This document shows, piece by piece, positions 27,312 through 41,900 of a stretch of 64,000 bases of DNA. Below the pieces are notes generated by a model. It was not told where the DNA came from, made no database searches, and saw only the letters and a program-made list of their open reading frames with translations. Position 1 is the first letter of the stretch. Every line of letters begins with the position of its first letter. This DNA is from Pecten maximus (Eukaryota): assembly GCF_902652985.1 (NCBI RefSeq), contig NC_047019.1:17050001-17114000 (forward strand), read 5' to 3'. The translations under genes and the position numbers were made by a program.

Positions 27312-28688
27312 GTGAAACCACTTAAACTTGATACTGGTGGAATAGTTCATATTTTTCCATACAATAGTAGCAATCCAAAAGGAATTCCAAGAACAAAGGA
27401 AAGTATTCTTGAAGATTTGACAAAGGTTCAAACCAATGTGGAAAATGGTGTGAAAAAGTTCACAGTTCACGGACATAAAGGACCTTTCTGGTTTCTGTAT
27501 CTGACATATTTCAATGCAGTATATAGTTGTGTGATTGACTACATGCATGGTATTTGCCTTGGAACTACCAAGCAACTCATGAACTTGTGGTTTGGTGCCT
27601 CGAATAAGAGTAAACCGTACTCTGTATATCATGCGAAACAAACTGTTAACAAATTCTTGTCAGAAATTCGTCCGACACTATTTGTAACCAGGGTCCCACG
27701 GCTGATAGATGACATCGCTCACTGGAAATCATCAGAATTTCGTAACTTTTTACTTTATTGGGGTATACCAGTGATGAGCAAAATCTTGAGAAAGGAATAC
27801 TTTGTACACTTTTGTTTACTTGCTCGGGCAATCTTTTTGTTGTCCATGGAAAACATATCCCCGGTAGACATTGCAACTGCTGAGGGAGCTCTTCTTCTTT
27901 TTGTAGAGAATTTTGAAAGGTTGTATGAAGCAAGGTATACGACTCTGAATCTTCATCAATTGATTCATTTGGTTGATTGTGTTAGGCACACAGGACCTCT
28001 GTTTGTGAACAATTGTTTTATTTTTGAGGACCTTAATGGGTACATAATCAAACATGTACACGGTACACAAGGTGTTGAAAACCAGCTCGTAAATATTATT
28101 GGACTTGTAAAGGCCATTCCTATAATGTATGACAGATACTTTAAGGGAATAGATGATTGTGATTATGTTTTTGAGCTGTATCATGAGTTATCTGACAGTA
28201 TAGCTTCAAGAAGAATTCATAAACATGAAATTGAAGATGGTATAGTCAGAGTAGGGAATTTATTCAATGGGGAACTAAGTGATGATGAATTTGCTGCCAT
28301 TTCTAATTATGGAGTACAGTGTACTAGGAATGTTTCAAAGTATTATAATATCAATATGTATAAGAAGGGGTTTTATGTATATGGGAAATTGTACAAAAAC
28401 CTTGTAAAAAGACAGCAGCATGTTATAACATTTTTTCATGAGAATGACTACAAATTTGGATCTGTGGTGTATTTCATGGAGTCAAATGATAAGACCGGTA
28501 ATAAAATCAACCTCGCACTTGTTGAACCGATGAAAAAAGTCAAGTCTGTTGGCAGTGTTTGGAAAATAGAATTTAGGAAAAGTTGCATTGCCATCCCATT
28601 GAAGTGCATAACTAATATCAACAATTTTGTGGGAATAACTGGTGATTTCTTTGTATGTCCTCCTCCAAATAGGTATGACCGTGACTAG
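27312..28688 (+). CDS. EnSpm/CACTA-family transposase, C-terminal part (5' end lost in artefact region)
   Basis: Uninterrupted 458-aa frame with IDYMHGICLG, HWKSSEFRNFLLY, NLHQLIHL..V...GPL, CFIFEDLNG motifs of CMC transposases; AATAAA near 28886. Confidence 0.88.
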   Translation: MKPLKLDTGGIVHIFPYNSSNPKGIPRTKESILEDLTKVQTNVENGVKKFTVHGHKGPFWFLYLTYFNAVYSCVIDYMHGICLGTTKQLMNLWFGASNKSKPYSVYHAKQTVNKFLSEIRPTLFVTRVPRLIDDIAHWKSSEFRNFLLYWGIPVMSKILRKEYFVHFCLLARAIFLLSMENISPVDIATAEGALLLFVENFERLYEARYTTLNLHQLIHLVDCVRHTGPLFVNNCFIFEDLNGYIIKHVHGTQGVENQLVNIIGLVKAIPIMYDRYFKGIDDCDYVFELYHELSDSIASRRIHKHEIEDGIVRVGNLFNGELSDDEFAAISNYGVQCTRNVSKYYNINMYKKGFYVYGKLYKNLVKRQQHVITFFHENDYKFGSVVYFMESNDKTGNKINLALVEPMKKVKSVGSVWKIEFRKSCIAIPLKCITNINNFVGITGDFFVCPPPNRYDRD

Positions 28689-29305
28689 AATCAAGTTCAT
28701 ATAATTCCAGTTTACATGTAATGTTGTATAGGGGTATAACTTCTACAGAATTTGAAGTTGAAACTTCAAAAATATAGTACTTTACTTCTATACATTTATT
28801 TTATTGTGTAAAGACAATTGACATGCATGTATTTGCATTGCATATTGTTTACATTAATTATGCAAATGTACTTTTATACTATAATAATAAAAGGTAGTAT
28901 CATTCTGTAGAACTCAGAATTTATATATCCAAAATATATACTGGTAGTAATTCTCCAGTGCAGGTGAATATGAAAGTCTAGATCTGTGGCCATTATTTTT
29001 CATTTCTCAAAAAAATGGTCAGAAATGGTTGAGCCAAAGCTTTTCTTTCTAGAGCATGGATGAAAATAATGGTCAAACAAAGTCAATGGTATTTCAATGG
29101 CATTTAAATGGTTCACCTGTGAGTAAACCATTTTTTTGTACCATTGAAAGACCATTGATCTGAAAAATGGTATTTTAATGGTCATATAACCATTGAAATC
29201 TAATGAATTAAATGGCGTTTCAATGGATTTCTGAACAAAAATGGTCTTTCAATGGCATTATAATGGTGTTTCAATGATTTTTGGACCATTTCTTTTTGCT
29301 AAGGG

Positions 29306-29460
29306 AAGTTTGTGATACAACCAAGTTAAACACACAAAGCAACATTGTCTCATTAAATGTGCAATAAGTTTGTGATACAAACAAGTTAAACACACAAAGC
29401 AACATTGTCTCATTAAATGTGCAATAAGTTTGTCATACAACCAAGTTAAACACACAAGGC
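29306..29460. repeat. 60-bp satellite, right part
   Basis: ~2.5 units continuing in register with the array at 16862-17243. Confidence 0.95.
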
Positions 29461-32400
29461 AAAATCTACAGTAAAACTTCACAAAGGGAGTTTATTCAGA
29501 ATGATCTATATGGGTTGGGTGGACAGGGAGTCGTGACCCTCCAACCTGTTTTGTTATGGAATCATAACTTATCAGAGGTTGTTTACATGCGGTCAAGGGT
29601 TCCATATACAAAAGGATGTAGGAGGAGAACATACGGTGGTGCAGAGGTACAGTAAGACTCCACGAAACAGTCACACTACATATAAGATGTAAAGTGCAAA
29701 GAGTCTAATATTAGGTAAATGAAGAAATAAAGAATTTCTGTGCCTCTATTATATATATGTTGTTCCTAGCAAAATCTATTAGGAACACGTTGATTGTGGT
29801 GTATATAAGGTTGACATCAGTGGTTGTATTGTGGTGTTCTTAGTTTTCCATGTTTCGGTCTGAACCTATGTGTTGGTTTCCATGTGACATGGCCTGATTG
29901 GATTATCTACCATACATGTGTTTAGAGTATATGAAGGAGTTTCTGATATTGCTCATTATCAGGGTTCTTCCACTTCAGGTATACATTGTTCATGCATGTA
30001 GTTCGTATTTTCACTTTATGGTGATTCATGACATGCATTGGGTAGTCACTTCTGCTTGTATGGCAATTAAGGTGGAATGCTTTTGAGAGTGGACAAATAT
30101 ATGGGATTCCATCTGGCGAGTGGACTGCATATGTGTCTAATCTGACTTCATTCCTGGTGTAGTGGTATTGAAGTATGGTGTGTGGTCGGCTAGTTCATGT
30201 TACCAGCTCATAGAGTCGGTCCTTATATGCTGGTTAAGAGAAGCATTACTTTTAGTGATTATATGTAACATCATAATTTAGTTCAAGGTACATTGTATTG
30301 TCATGATGCCATGTGATAATGGATATTACAGGAGAAATGTTTATTGGTGATGCTTTTTTCCAAACCTTCCAAAGAATAAATTAATGAGGGAGATTTTTTT
30401 TTTATTCAACCAGGAAAAATAAATGAGATAAGGGGCTTTTAGTTCTAAGCAGACGAGGGAGGGTTTGAGAATCAAGTAATATTTCTTTAACTACTGTATA
30501 CACTAACTACATAACCTGAGAGTAACAGTTGCATATCCAGTCATTGTAACATCATAGGCAACACTTTATTTACCACAGAGATGAATTTGTGCATCTTCAA
30601 TAGCATCAAAACTCATCATGTTTGAATTATGACGGTACATATTAATCACCATACAACCATAATATACTATAACATTTTCAGTTTAATCAAAGCATAACAG
30701 ACAATACATACATTGTATCTCCTTAAGGCCTCAGTGGCCTCATTTAAAACCCTTGAATAATGATGGTTGATTCACATACTCCTACCATAGGGAATAATTA
30801 TCTATTGGTGAGAGGAAGCTTTATGACAATTAGATTAAAAAAGAAGTCGGTAGAACAAGGATGGTGAAGTTCTATTTATAGTAATGGTGACCCAATTTTG
30901 ACTCCACTGTTTTGATACACGAACTCGTACAACAGGGGATAATTATGAACAAATGCAGGATGTTCTTTGTGACGATTTGATAAAAATAACTTTGTAGAGC
31001 AAAGATGTGTTCTGCCTGTTCTATTCATAGTATAAGTGACCTTATTTTGACCCCAATATGTTGTTACATGAACTTATGCAATAAGGGATAATTATGATCA
31101 AATGCAGTAAGCTTATACTGTAGTGGAATCAATGATTGCAAAGGTCACCGGCAGCAGCAATCACACTATGCACTCCTTTTTTATGTATGTATAAGCATGT
31201 CATTTTGAAATTGTACGTCACATAACATCACTCCTAGACTTCTTATGGATATATAACCCAAAATAAAAAGGTGTGGACTTACAAGCTTTCCAAAAACTTA
31301 CCCAAAAAGTGGGTTTTGGTGACAAAAAAGCAAGTAAAAAAAATGGTAAAATGAAAAAAAAAAAAAATAAATAAAAAATAAATAAATAAATAAATAATTT
31401 TATTTCTGCATGATTTTGCTATAACATCACTCCTAGACCTCTAATGAATGCATAAACCAAATAAGAAGGGTGTTAGGTGTATACTTTTGGACTTACAAGC
31501 TTTCCAAAAACTTACCCCAAAAACTTTAAAGTGGGGTGGGACACTGATGCCAGGGGTACAGCATTAGCTCACGGTTACTCGTAACTGGTGAGCTAAAAAC
31601 GAGACTGGCAGAGTAAATATAAGGACCTCAAAATTATATTGATAGTAACAGTGAACTTCTGCATTTTTATCCCAGTTTGTTGATAAATAAGGAGATGGTT
31701 GTTAAGAATTTCCATGACAATCATATTAACAAAACCATAGTGATGGAGATAATATGAAGCCGGCTAGCTAGATTGTCTTCCTGCATAAACCAATGTACAT
31801 ACACACATGTATGTACATCAGTTTCTATGTACATGTATGTACAGTATGTATAGATAGATCCCTATAATTTCCTTCCTTAGCCCTTTGTATGTAGGTAGTG
31901 CTCATATAAACAACATGTCTCTTTTAACTTTAGTTTCATGTTTTTGCTATCTATACTTGATAACTTGCTATTTGGTATTCCAAGATGCCAATATTGAATA
32001 ACTATGCTGTAGGCCATGCGGTTTCAGTCAGATCTTTAAACGTATATGTACACATGCATATAAAGGCAAGTGAAGACAATAAGTTAATGACATTTAAATA
32101 TATTTAAATATCAATTTAAATATATTTCAAGCAACTTGTTTATGTTGCATTTATATAGTTAATGAGAAAAACAATAGATGTATTTAATACATATGATAAA
32201 TTGGGCATTAATTAATTGATCAAGGGAAGTAACTCTTTTTCTGAAAAATATATCAGATTGATAATTAAATCTAGATTCCTTGAAGTTGCAAAATATTAGA
32301 GAAATTGAATGAAAATAGAAAACTTATTACTTTTTGTACAAAATGCCTATATTTGTAATAAAGGGGCATAACTCTGCTAAAACTAATTGTGAAATTAAAT

Positions 32401-32960
32401 TCCATAACATAAACCTGCTTGAGCTATTGTGCCATAGAATATCTATAGCAAGTTTAATAAAAATCTGTTGATAAATAAAGGCTAGCAAGGAAAATGAACG
32501 GCATATGGACACGTAGGATATACCATAATTATACAACTTATTGTTGACGGGCATATAACAGAAATGAATAAACCCCAGTGTATTTTTCTAACATAATAAA
32601 ATCATGTGATATATATACAAAAAAAACAAGAGGTTTCTGCCAATTTTGTGTTCCTGATAATTCCAAACAAGAGAGAAAGCTTGACAAAATTATAATTTTT
32701 GAATTGGTTTTTCTAGGTCTGGGCACTAGAGAGGCAAGGCATATTTGCATAAAATAATACCCACAACTTAGCAAATTATTTCATGTAGTCCACTGTGAAA
32801 TTACAACCACACAGTATAAAATATAGCCTAACTTCAACAACTTTTTTTTCCATAATTTGCATGAAAACAGCACACATATTGATACATTAATATGAAAAAT
32901 AAATAACTAAAAGTCCAATCCTATTTAAATAATGTGAGGGCAAATACCAAATGATTAGTG

Positions 32961-35900
32961 TTAATCATCCATTCGTCTAAAGTATGCCACTCTGAAGGAT
33001 TTGCCCAGTGTTTTATCTTCAGTCAATTTTAGTTTGTAAACAGGATGTTCACCCCAGCCTTCTCCATCATAATAAATCCACTGACCAAGCTTATCATTCC
33101 AAATTTGACATCTCTCATGGACATAGCCTTGACCAGAACTGGCATCTTTCATGATGGCATATGACAAGGCATCCAGTCTGTACCTGTTATAAAGAGGTTT
33201 TTTTTTCAATAAACCTAAAAATATTAAAGTTATAGTTTCGTTAACAATCACAGATGTACTAAAGCAATAATAGGAACATTCAAACATTTGTCACTTTCCT
33301 ATACTGCCATATTTGAACAAGAGTAATGCAGTACAGAATAACATATATTTGCATTGGATGCTTAAGTGACCCTTACAGGGTTCTTGTAACATACAATAAA
33401 AAAATGTAACATTCAGAAAAACTGCTCAAACGAAACACATGTATTGGTTAAGAAACTATAACTAATATATATTATTGGTAAACAACTACAGGAATAAATT
33501 TTTGGAAGAAACACCGTGTTGGACTCACTCTTGCTATACTTAATATATATTAAGATGGTAGCAAATTCTATAAGGTATCAATTTAAAAGAGATCAGTTTC
33601 TGCATGGGCTGCATATCTATGAGCAGATAGATGCAGTCTAGATTATATGAAGTGATTGCAACTCCATTCTGATCAGTGCTACAGAAATGCTTCACAATGC
33701 GTTACCAATGAATCAAATGCAGCAATGAATCTGAGAACAATTGCGTACCCTATGATATCATTTTGGCACTAAGTTGATCATTGGCACAGCAAGGTTTTGT
33801 ATTGTGCATCAGATTGTTTGCGAATCGATCACAGAAATTAATTTGATTTAAAGACACTATTCTATCATATAAAGATATAGGGAAATTGGTGAAAATAAGC
33901 ATACTGAGATGTCCCTATAGGTCCCTCCTAAAATGGTAGCAGTGACCCTGACCTTGACTAAAAACCTTAAAACTCAAACTTCTCCAAGATATTATGGCCC
34001 TTTATTATTTGTGTGACAATATGTAACAAAAACAAAATTAATAGCAGAAAAATCTTTAAGCTTTTTGTTCCAAAGATGATTCAAACAAATTCAGTTGAAA
34101 AGCACTCAACTTCTCCACTATCCTATTTGTGAAAGGATTTACCTACATATTGCCGCTATTGCCCCCCCCCCCCCCCCCCCCCCCCCCCCAAATACATGTA
34201 GACTGTAACAAATTCTCAAGTCCCTGTGAACTCGGCAAGGGATCAAGGAAATCAGGGAATCAGGGAACAAGGGATTATGTGAATTGAGAAATGTCTAAGC
34301 AAGACATTTTGAGGAACAGCGTCATCAAATTTAAGTTGACAAAATCCAAGATGACCACCCATTAGGCATCTGCTTTATTCAATAAGTCTTAAATATTTAA
34401 CAAGAGATCCAAGATGGATCTTTGCGCCCACCATTGAATATTTTTGAGTGGTTCTATGTCAGACTGATCTTCCCTCTATTTTTCCCCTAATAATTTGATA
34501 ACAAGTGGAACCTACACATTAAGTTTGAGACACATCCATCCATTTCTTTTCTTTTTAAGAAATAGTGATAACAAACTTCTATTTTCAAAATCCAGGATGG
34601 CTATCTGTCAGCCATTTTGTTTTTTTGATCAGAAATCTACATTGTACATTATATTAGCACAACTAGCTTCAAAGGGGAGCCTTCACATGAAGGTTGAGGA
34701 ATACCCCTCCAGTACTTTTCAAGAAATGGGGAAAACAAACTTTGATTCTCAAAAACCAAGATGGCCTCCTGTCTGCCATTTTGGTTTCCTGATCAAAATC
34801 TAAATCAAATGGCCACAGCTAGGTACCAGGGGGAATCCACAAATGATGTTTGATGAATATCCCTTCCTTTTTTTTCAAACAAGGGGAACCTACATGTGAA
34901 GTTTGAGGAATATCCATCCAGTACTTTTCAAGAAATAGTGATAACAAGGATTGTTACGGACAAAGGGACGACAGACAGACCACGATGCGAGGCAATCTGA
35001 ATAGCCCACCATCATCAGATGGTGGACTAAAAATGCACAACTGAAGACCAAGGGAAACATATATAATTACGAAATTGAAGAATGATCTTTTGAGTACTTT
35101 CTGAGATATATCATTAACAAATTAAACTTCAAATGTCAAAATTCATATGAAAGAGAACGATTCCAAGTACTTTCTGAGAAATAGTGATAACAAACTTCAA
35201 CTAGTATCAAAATTTAAAATGGTGGCCTGTTGGCAATTGTATTTTCAGATCATTCTCGATACAGAACATGCACAACTAGGGACCAATAGGAACCTACATT
35301 ATGCAATTTAAGAAAGATCCATTAGGTACTACCTGAAAAATTGCAGTAACAAATTTCATTTGTCAGACCGCGGATGATATGGTGATGGTGGGCTTAATAT
35401 TAAAGTTTAAGTCTCAGGAGGCTAAAATATCAGTACCAGTACATCAAACCAAAGTAAATTATCATGATAACTGTTAAATTTCCTATCATATATTAATAGA
35501 ATTCACATATATCTACCATTAATATTTTCCAACAATTTAGAGTTGGACATATATACACTATTATACAGTATTGTAAATTAATATGGATTTATACCAGTCT
35601 TACCTGTATTTAAACATTCTCCCTAAATGTCTTAATTACTGGACAGGTAATGATTACCTGTAACCTAAACATCTACTAAACTGTTAAATTTTTTGAAGGT
35701 GATGAATAAACATAAATATTGAGATTACTATCTTCTGTAATGACATACCTCTGATTTCCAATAACAAGCTGCTCGGGCTGCTCCAGTGATGTAGAGTAGC
35801 CATGGAGAAGCACAGGAAAAAGAAACTCCCCTAGGCGAACTGTGGATTCCAATACTTCGAAAAAGGTTTGGAATGGAAGCAGTGGTGGTGAGCCTTGGCG

Positions 35901-38900
35901 ACAGTCAAGTCTTCTGGTGACATGAACGACACCATTGTCACTGAAATAGAACCTCACAGTTCTAGACTAAGTACACTTGTATATCAATATCCCCTCTTAA
36001 CTACAAGTGTAGTTGTGTTAATTTTGTAACAGTTTACAGCAGAAATACTCTATCTAGTACAACAATGCTACATTGTATTTAATTAACTACGTGACAATCA
36101 ACAAGATTTTATTGTAACAGGCCGGGTACCATTACATATGCCTCCCCCCCCCCCAAGCCACGCCTGCAGTCATAAATATAGTAGTTGATATAAGTGCAGC
36201 AGTTATGCCAGTAATGCCATACTATACCATATACAGTACCAAATTTCATCAAAATCAGACAATATCTAAAAAGTTTGGCCAATCTGAGGCCTCTGTCAAC
36301 TCTGTCAAATTCATGACCAGTTGAATAAGCAATCAAGCAACAAAAATACTCATGTACACCACTGCTCATGTACACGAACACTTGTGTAGAGTTTCTCTTA
36401 ATTCCAATTTACGGCTTTCGATAAACATCTTTCGATCGCAAAAAAGGGAAGAAATATCAATGATAAGAAGATGAAACAGAGCAAAAACAATATGTCCACA
36501 AACTTTGTTTGGAGGATATAACAATATTCTCATAATAATATTTTAAATTTATACAAGATAACACAACATATGTTATATTTTCAGTAGCACATTCAGAGTG
36601 GTGTGCAGCAGTTTGACAGCAGTAGAAAACATCAAAGATCATGCTGCTTAATAGTCAATGTCATACAATGTACATAGTTTTAAATCAAATAAATAACAAA
36701 TGAAATGTCTTACCATTAACATACCTATAGGCATCTCATTTCAAGGACAGGATACTGACAACACAAATACAAAAACACAAATACTGGTATTTTAAATTGC
36801 ATTACTACTGAAACATCACCATTTTGTACATATAGGGTTTCACTAATATAAAGCATCAATTAAAATATATATATTATGCATCCTTTATGTATAGAAATGT
36901 TTAAGATAAAATAACTAATACAAACCATTCAGAGCAAGGCATATCTTCATCACTCCATGCATCGATACAATCTTGGAAGCATGTATATTGTCTGCAAAAT
37001 AATTTGAATGAGATTGCAGGATCTTGGCATCCACCATTGAATTATCTTAATTTATGTTATTAGTCCTATGAGAGACTGATCTTTTCTCTAGTTTTGATAA
37101 CAAGGGGAACCTACATTATGAAAATGATATTTAAAAAAAAAATCAAATTTCTACTGTCAAAATCAAATATAGCAGCCTGTCGGCCATTTTGTTTTCTTGA
37201 CCTGACAAAAATTATATGATCACAACTATAGGGACCAAGCAAAGGGTCCTAAACATGAAGTCTGAGATCTGATACAGCCTTCCAGTGTACATTTTGTATC
37301 TCAAGAAATAGTGATAACCTGGCTTCAACTGTCAGGATGACTGCACAATCAGCCACTCTATTTTCTGATCAAACTCAAAATGGAATGGGCACAACTACTG
37401 ACCAAGGAGAGTCTACTCACAAGTTTTAGAAATAACATTCTGGTACTTTAAGAAATAGCTATAACAAACTTCAAGTGTCAAAATCCAAGATTGCCACCTG
37501 AGGGCATATAATTTTCCTGATCAAACTCAAAATTGAATGGGCACAACTAGGAACCAAGTGTAACATTACACATTAAGTTTCAGAAAAATCTTTCTGACTG
37601 GTACAGCCCTTCAACTGCCTTCAAATCTAAGATGGCTGCTTATCAGCCATTTTGTTTTTATGATCAGCCCCAATCTCAAAGGGCAAAACTTGGGACCAAG
37701 GGGAATCTACATGTAAGAAATTGAGATAACAAATTTTTTATTGTTAAAATCCAAGATGGCCATCTGTCAGCCGTTTTATTTTCTGATCAGTCCCAAGATC
37801 AAAACCGAGGGGAATTAACCTTCCTATGAAATTGAAGAAAGAGCATATCAAGAATTGTTTCAGTACAGATGACGTATTAAGGACCACAGACCAAGGACAC
37901 ATTATGGGATAATCCCGCTTGACCAGTTTATCGTCTACTGGCGCAATATCATGACCTTGGGCATCTTGGTTATTGAGATGAAGTGGTTAAAGATTTTAAG
38001 ACATTTGACCCCACATTCGAATCATTGGAACAAGCTTAGTTTGAAATAGGTTTTTCAAGATTGCTGCCATATGGCAGCCATATTTGATTTCAAAGTGACT
38101 TGATAAATAACAAAACTTGGTCATGGTTAGAAACTGAGCATTCCAATTTAGCTTCATTGAAATACCTTCAGTAGCTTATTAGTATAAATTCAATATAGAT
38201 GGAGAATGGATTGTGAAGATATATTGCATTAGGTTACTTGAGTCTTGTGACCTTAAAATAGGGAAAATTAATGCATGCAAGCTAATTAAGCTGAACTAAA
38301 ATCAATCATCACCTGCTTTGCCAGAGCTATAATCCATTAAACCCTTTTAAAAACATTACATCAAATCTTTATATAGTTTTCTCTCGTTAATTCTCATTAA
38401 CTATTTCTGAATTTATCATTTTGTAGAAGAAACTTTTAATGCAGTCACTGGGTGCAATTCAATTCTTTTATTACCCTAGGCCTCAGTACACAGTGTACAT
38501 CTGTATCAGAAATAGATACAGTGGTAGAATAATACAGCTTTTTCATAGTATTTTAAAACAAAAGAATAGATTTCTTAAACTTATTTGAAGTTGAGTCAAT
38601 TATACAGTCCCATGTTGACACCTTTAAAGACTTACTTATCCATCATCTGGCATCTCCTTGAAAATGCTTTGATGCTTTCCTTGAAATCCATTAGTACCTC
38701 TTTATCAAACGTACAAGACTTATTTGTGCATTTGGAAGATTTCTCAAAGATGTTTATCTTAAGGGGTTCCAAAATCCAATCTGCTTCTAATTTGACCTTG
38801 AAGTCAAAACAGTGATCTTCAGAAGTTGGTAAGCCATGCTTCAACCAAAAGAATTTCTTCGCATAATCAAATCTTTTAGCTTTGCACATCCACCAGATAA

Positions 38901-41900
38901 GATATAACCACTGAAAATGACAAAATAAGTAAATAAATAAGATAAAGGATGACAAAACATGTACATTGAATGCTTCTATTCTCACATGTATGCATTTTGA
39001 TGCATCAAACTTAATGAAGACAATTTTTTTATCCAAAGTCAAAAACAGGTTAAAATTCAGGAAAAATAACAATTCAATTTTCCATTTCTTATCCAAAGTC
39101 AAAAACAGGTTAAAATTCAGGAAAAATAACAATTCAATTTTCCATTTCGACCTAAGTTTGACCCAAAAAATACTTTCATGGGAATCTTTTACTGGACATT
39201 AAGCTTTCTGGTTCAAAACAAAAAGAAGTTAATCTCCAAAGCATGTTACAGGCCTTTTTGTTACTGAAGGGAAATTGTTTTTTTAGCACTTTGTCCTCTG
39301 TGACCTTGAATGGAGATCAAGATCGTTCATTTGAACGAACAAGGTAGCACTTATCTGAGCATGCTCAACAGCATGGTACAGTCTGAATGTCAGGTCTCTG
39401 GGCCTTTGGTTATTGAGATTTTTTCAGTATGTTTGACCCCAGTGACCTTGAATGTAGGTCATGGTCATTCATTTATACAAATTTCCCCTCAGTATGTTAC
39501 GAAGCCAATATCAGGTCTCTGGTCCTTTTGGTTATCAACAAGAAATTGTTTAAATGGAAAAATTGATACTACGAACAGACAAGGCACCACAGCATAATTA
39601 CATTATTTGTTGCTCACTTCTGACAGGTGAGCTAACAATGCACTAAAAATTTGCTTGTCAATGAGTATACAGTTTTGTACAAAGTGTAATGCTTATAATG
39701 TCTCCTATATCATTGAGGAATTTGACATACAAATTTAAGGCCCAAATTTCATCTCAGTTAACATCAACAAAATTTGCATGCAATACCTGAAAAGGTTCGT
39801 TGGAATTTTCGAGACTGCCTTCCATTTCTGGATGAGACCGTACCAACATCAAGATTATTGCCAAAATACAGTCTATCTGACAAGTGTGAATCAGTCTTAT
39901 TTTCCTTCTACAGAACTGCAAACCTCTTCCTTCAGATGGCAACTGCTTTGGAACTGGAATAAAAAAGAAAATTTTCATCGATCTTATGTGCTAAAATTAC
40001 AATCAAAAAAATATTTCAATTAACAATTAAGAGATACCAAGAGAATGTTGGTACAGTATACCCACAATTGAATCATCTTTGTTGCTCCAATGAAAGACTG
40101 ATATATTTTTTCCACTTTTCCCTTCCTTCCCTTGTTAACCATTTGATAACATGGGGAACCTACATATGAAGTCCAAGAAAGATCTAAAAAGCACTTCTTA
40201 AGTACAATTAAATGATCATGCATTACATGAAGTGCAGTGTACACATATATGATGTCTACATGAAGTCATGTACATACATGTATGCATAGATCGAATATAT
40301 ATGTGCTATTGTATCAAGCATGCAATTGTTGGGTGATCAACATTAAGCTATTGTGGCAGACATGAATTGAAGAATTGACCACGAATAATGTTAAAACACT
40401 TGAAACAGTTTTGATAATATGATTGCATACGTTGTTTCTGGAATATCCTACGTACATGAAAATAGATTCAAGCTGATCATGATCTAGGATTTTATTCAAA
40501 CATAAAAAAAAATGTCAAACTTTTTCCCCACAAGATCTTAGCAGATCTCAATCAAAATTATCACTTGCCAGCAAGGTGTGAAATATCGGACGCCATGTAG
40601 AAGCCAAACCAAATATTCCCTTCATTAAACATCAAACCACCACAAAAAATATATAATGAAAGATTCATATCACTGAAATAGGTGATTCTATGACCCACAC
40701 CAATCGGACAGCCCTGAACTGTGGAAGCTTTAGCCATTGGGAAGGGAATGCTGTTAGAAAGATTATTATAATTTATATACACTGTAGTCTAGCTATTCAA
40801 ACTGGCATACTGAGTATTCCTAAAACAATACCAGCGGTCCCATACAGGCCCCTGCTAAATACCTGGTCCTTTAAAAGTGTCTGAAGTTTGATCTAAATCC
40901 CTTAAGGAATGTAGCCTCCAGAGCGCTGAAAATGATTTTCTGAAAATATAGTAACAATGGCCTTGACCCAAAATTCTTCAAAATATTCTCCAGTTATATA
41001 TATATATAATTTACTGGCAGGGATCTAATAGTTACCTGTATTTTTTCCCTTTGTAACAAACTTCAACTGTCAAAATCCAAGACTTATGCAATGTGGTTTT
41101 TCTAATCAATATCAAAATTGAATGGCCACAACTTGCACAGTCTCAGGGGAATTTAAATACATCAAATAATTGTAAGTGTCAGAAATGTCCTTCCAGCACT
41201 TCTCAATAACAAACTTCAACTTTCAAAATTCAAAGTGGCTGCCTGTTGGGCATTTTGTTTTTCCAAATTTCAACTCAAAACCGAAAGGGCACAAATAGGG
41301 GCCATGGGAAACCTACAGATGAAGTGTAAGAAATAGATATACTTTCAGTATTTCTCAAGAAATAGCAATAAAGTACGTAACACTTACAATCAGCTGAGTA
41401 AGCCCCAAATCTTTCGTCAGCCTGTTCAGTCCGTTTAAGTCCAACACCATCTGCTGACTGATTTGGTGCATGTGCAAGCAGCTCAGGAGTCTCTTGTTCA
41501 GGCAGTTCAACATCACCATGAGCAGAAAACTGTTGGGTTGCAAGTTCTGTGTTTTGAGAATTCTGCTCAGTCTGTTCACGTAGAAGTTGAGCAGACTGAT
41601 CAGTCTGTTGATTGATGACATGAGAAAGATTTTGAGCCTCACGAGGTGTAGGCTGTTGAAGATTGTATTGCTGAGACTGATCTGCCTGTTGATCTCGGAA
41701 ATGAGAAAGCCTTTGAACCCCATGCTGTGTAGACTGTTGAAGACTGTATTGTGGAGACTGATCAGCCTGTTGATGTCCTAGTTGAGGAGCATTCTTCCTG
41801 ATGTGTGTGGTTGGTCTACCACCAGGTCTTCCCTCATTCACTGGCAAGGGCCTCTTAATGCTTTGCCCTGCAATGTCGACTGCTAAAAACACCAAGAAGA

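Larger units (their letters stand above)
17244..29305 (+). mobile_element. EnSpm/CACTA (CMC)-type DNA transposon, ~12 kb
   Basis: TIRs CCCTTAGCAAAATGCAATGG / CCATTTCTTTTTGCTAAGGG (18/20 match); 2-bp TSD AA (17242-43, 29306-07) that restores the satellite unit; many CCATTGAA/TTCAATGG subterminal repeats at both ends; internal CMC-type transposase. Confidence 0.9.

Noticed and set aside
29500-30250. GC-richer stretch that may be a decayed retroelement
   Set aside because: No recognisable motifs, termini or ORF to support a call
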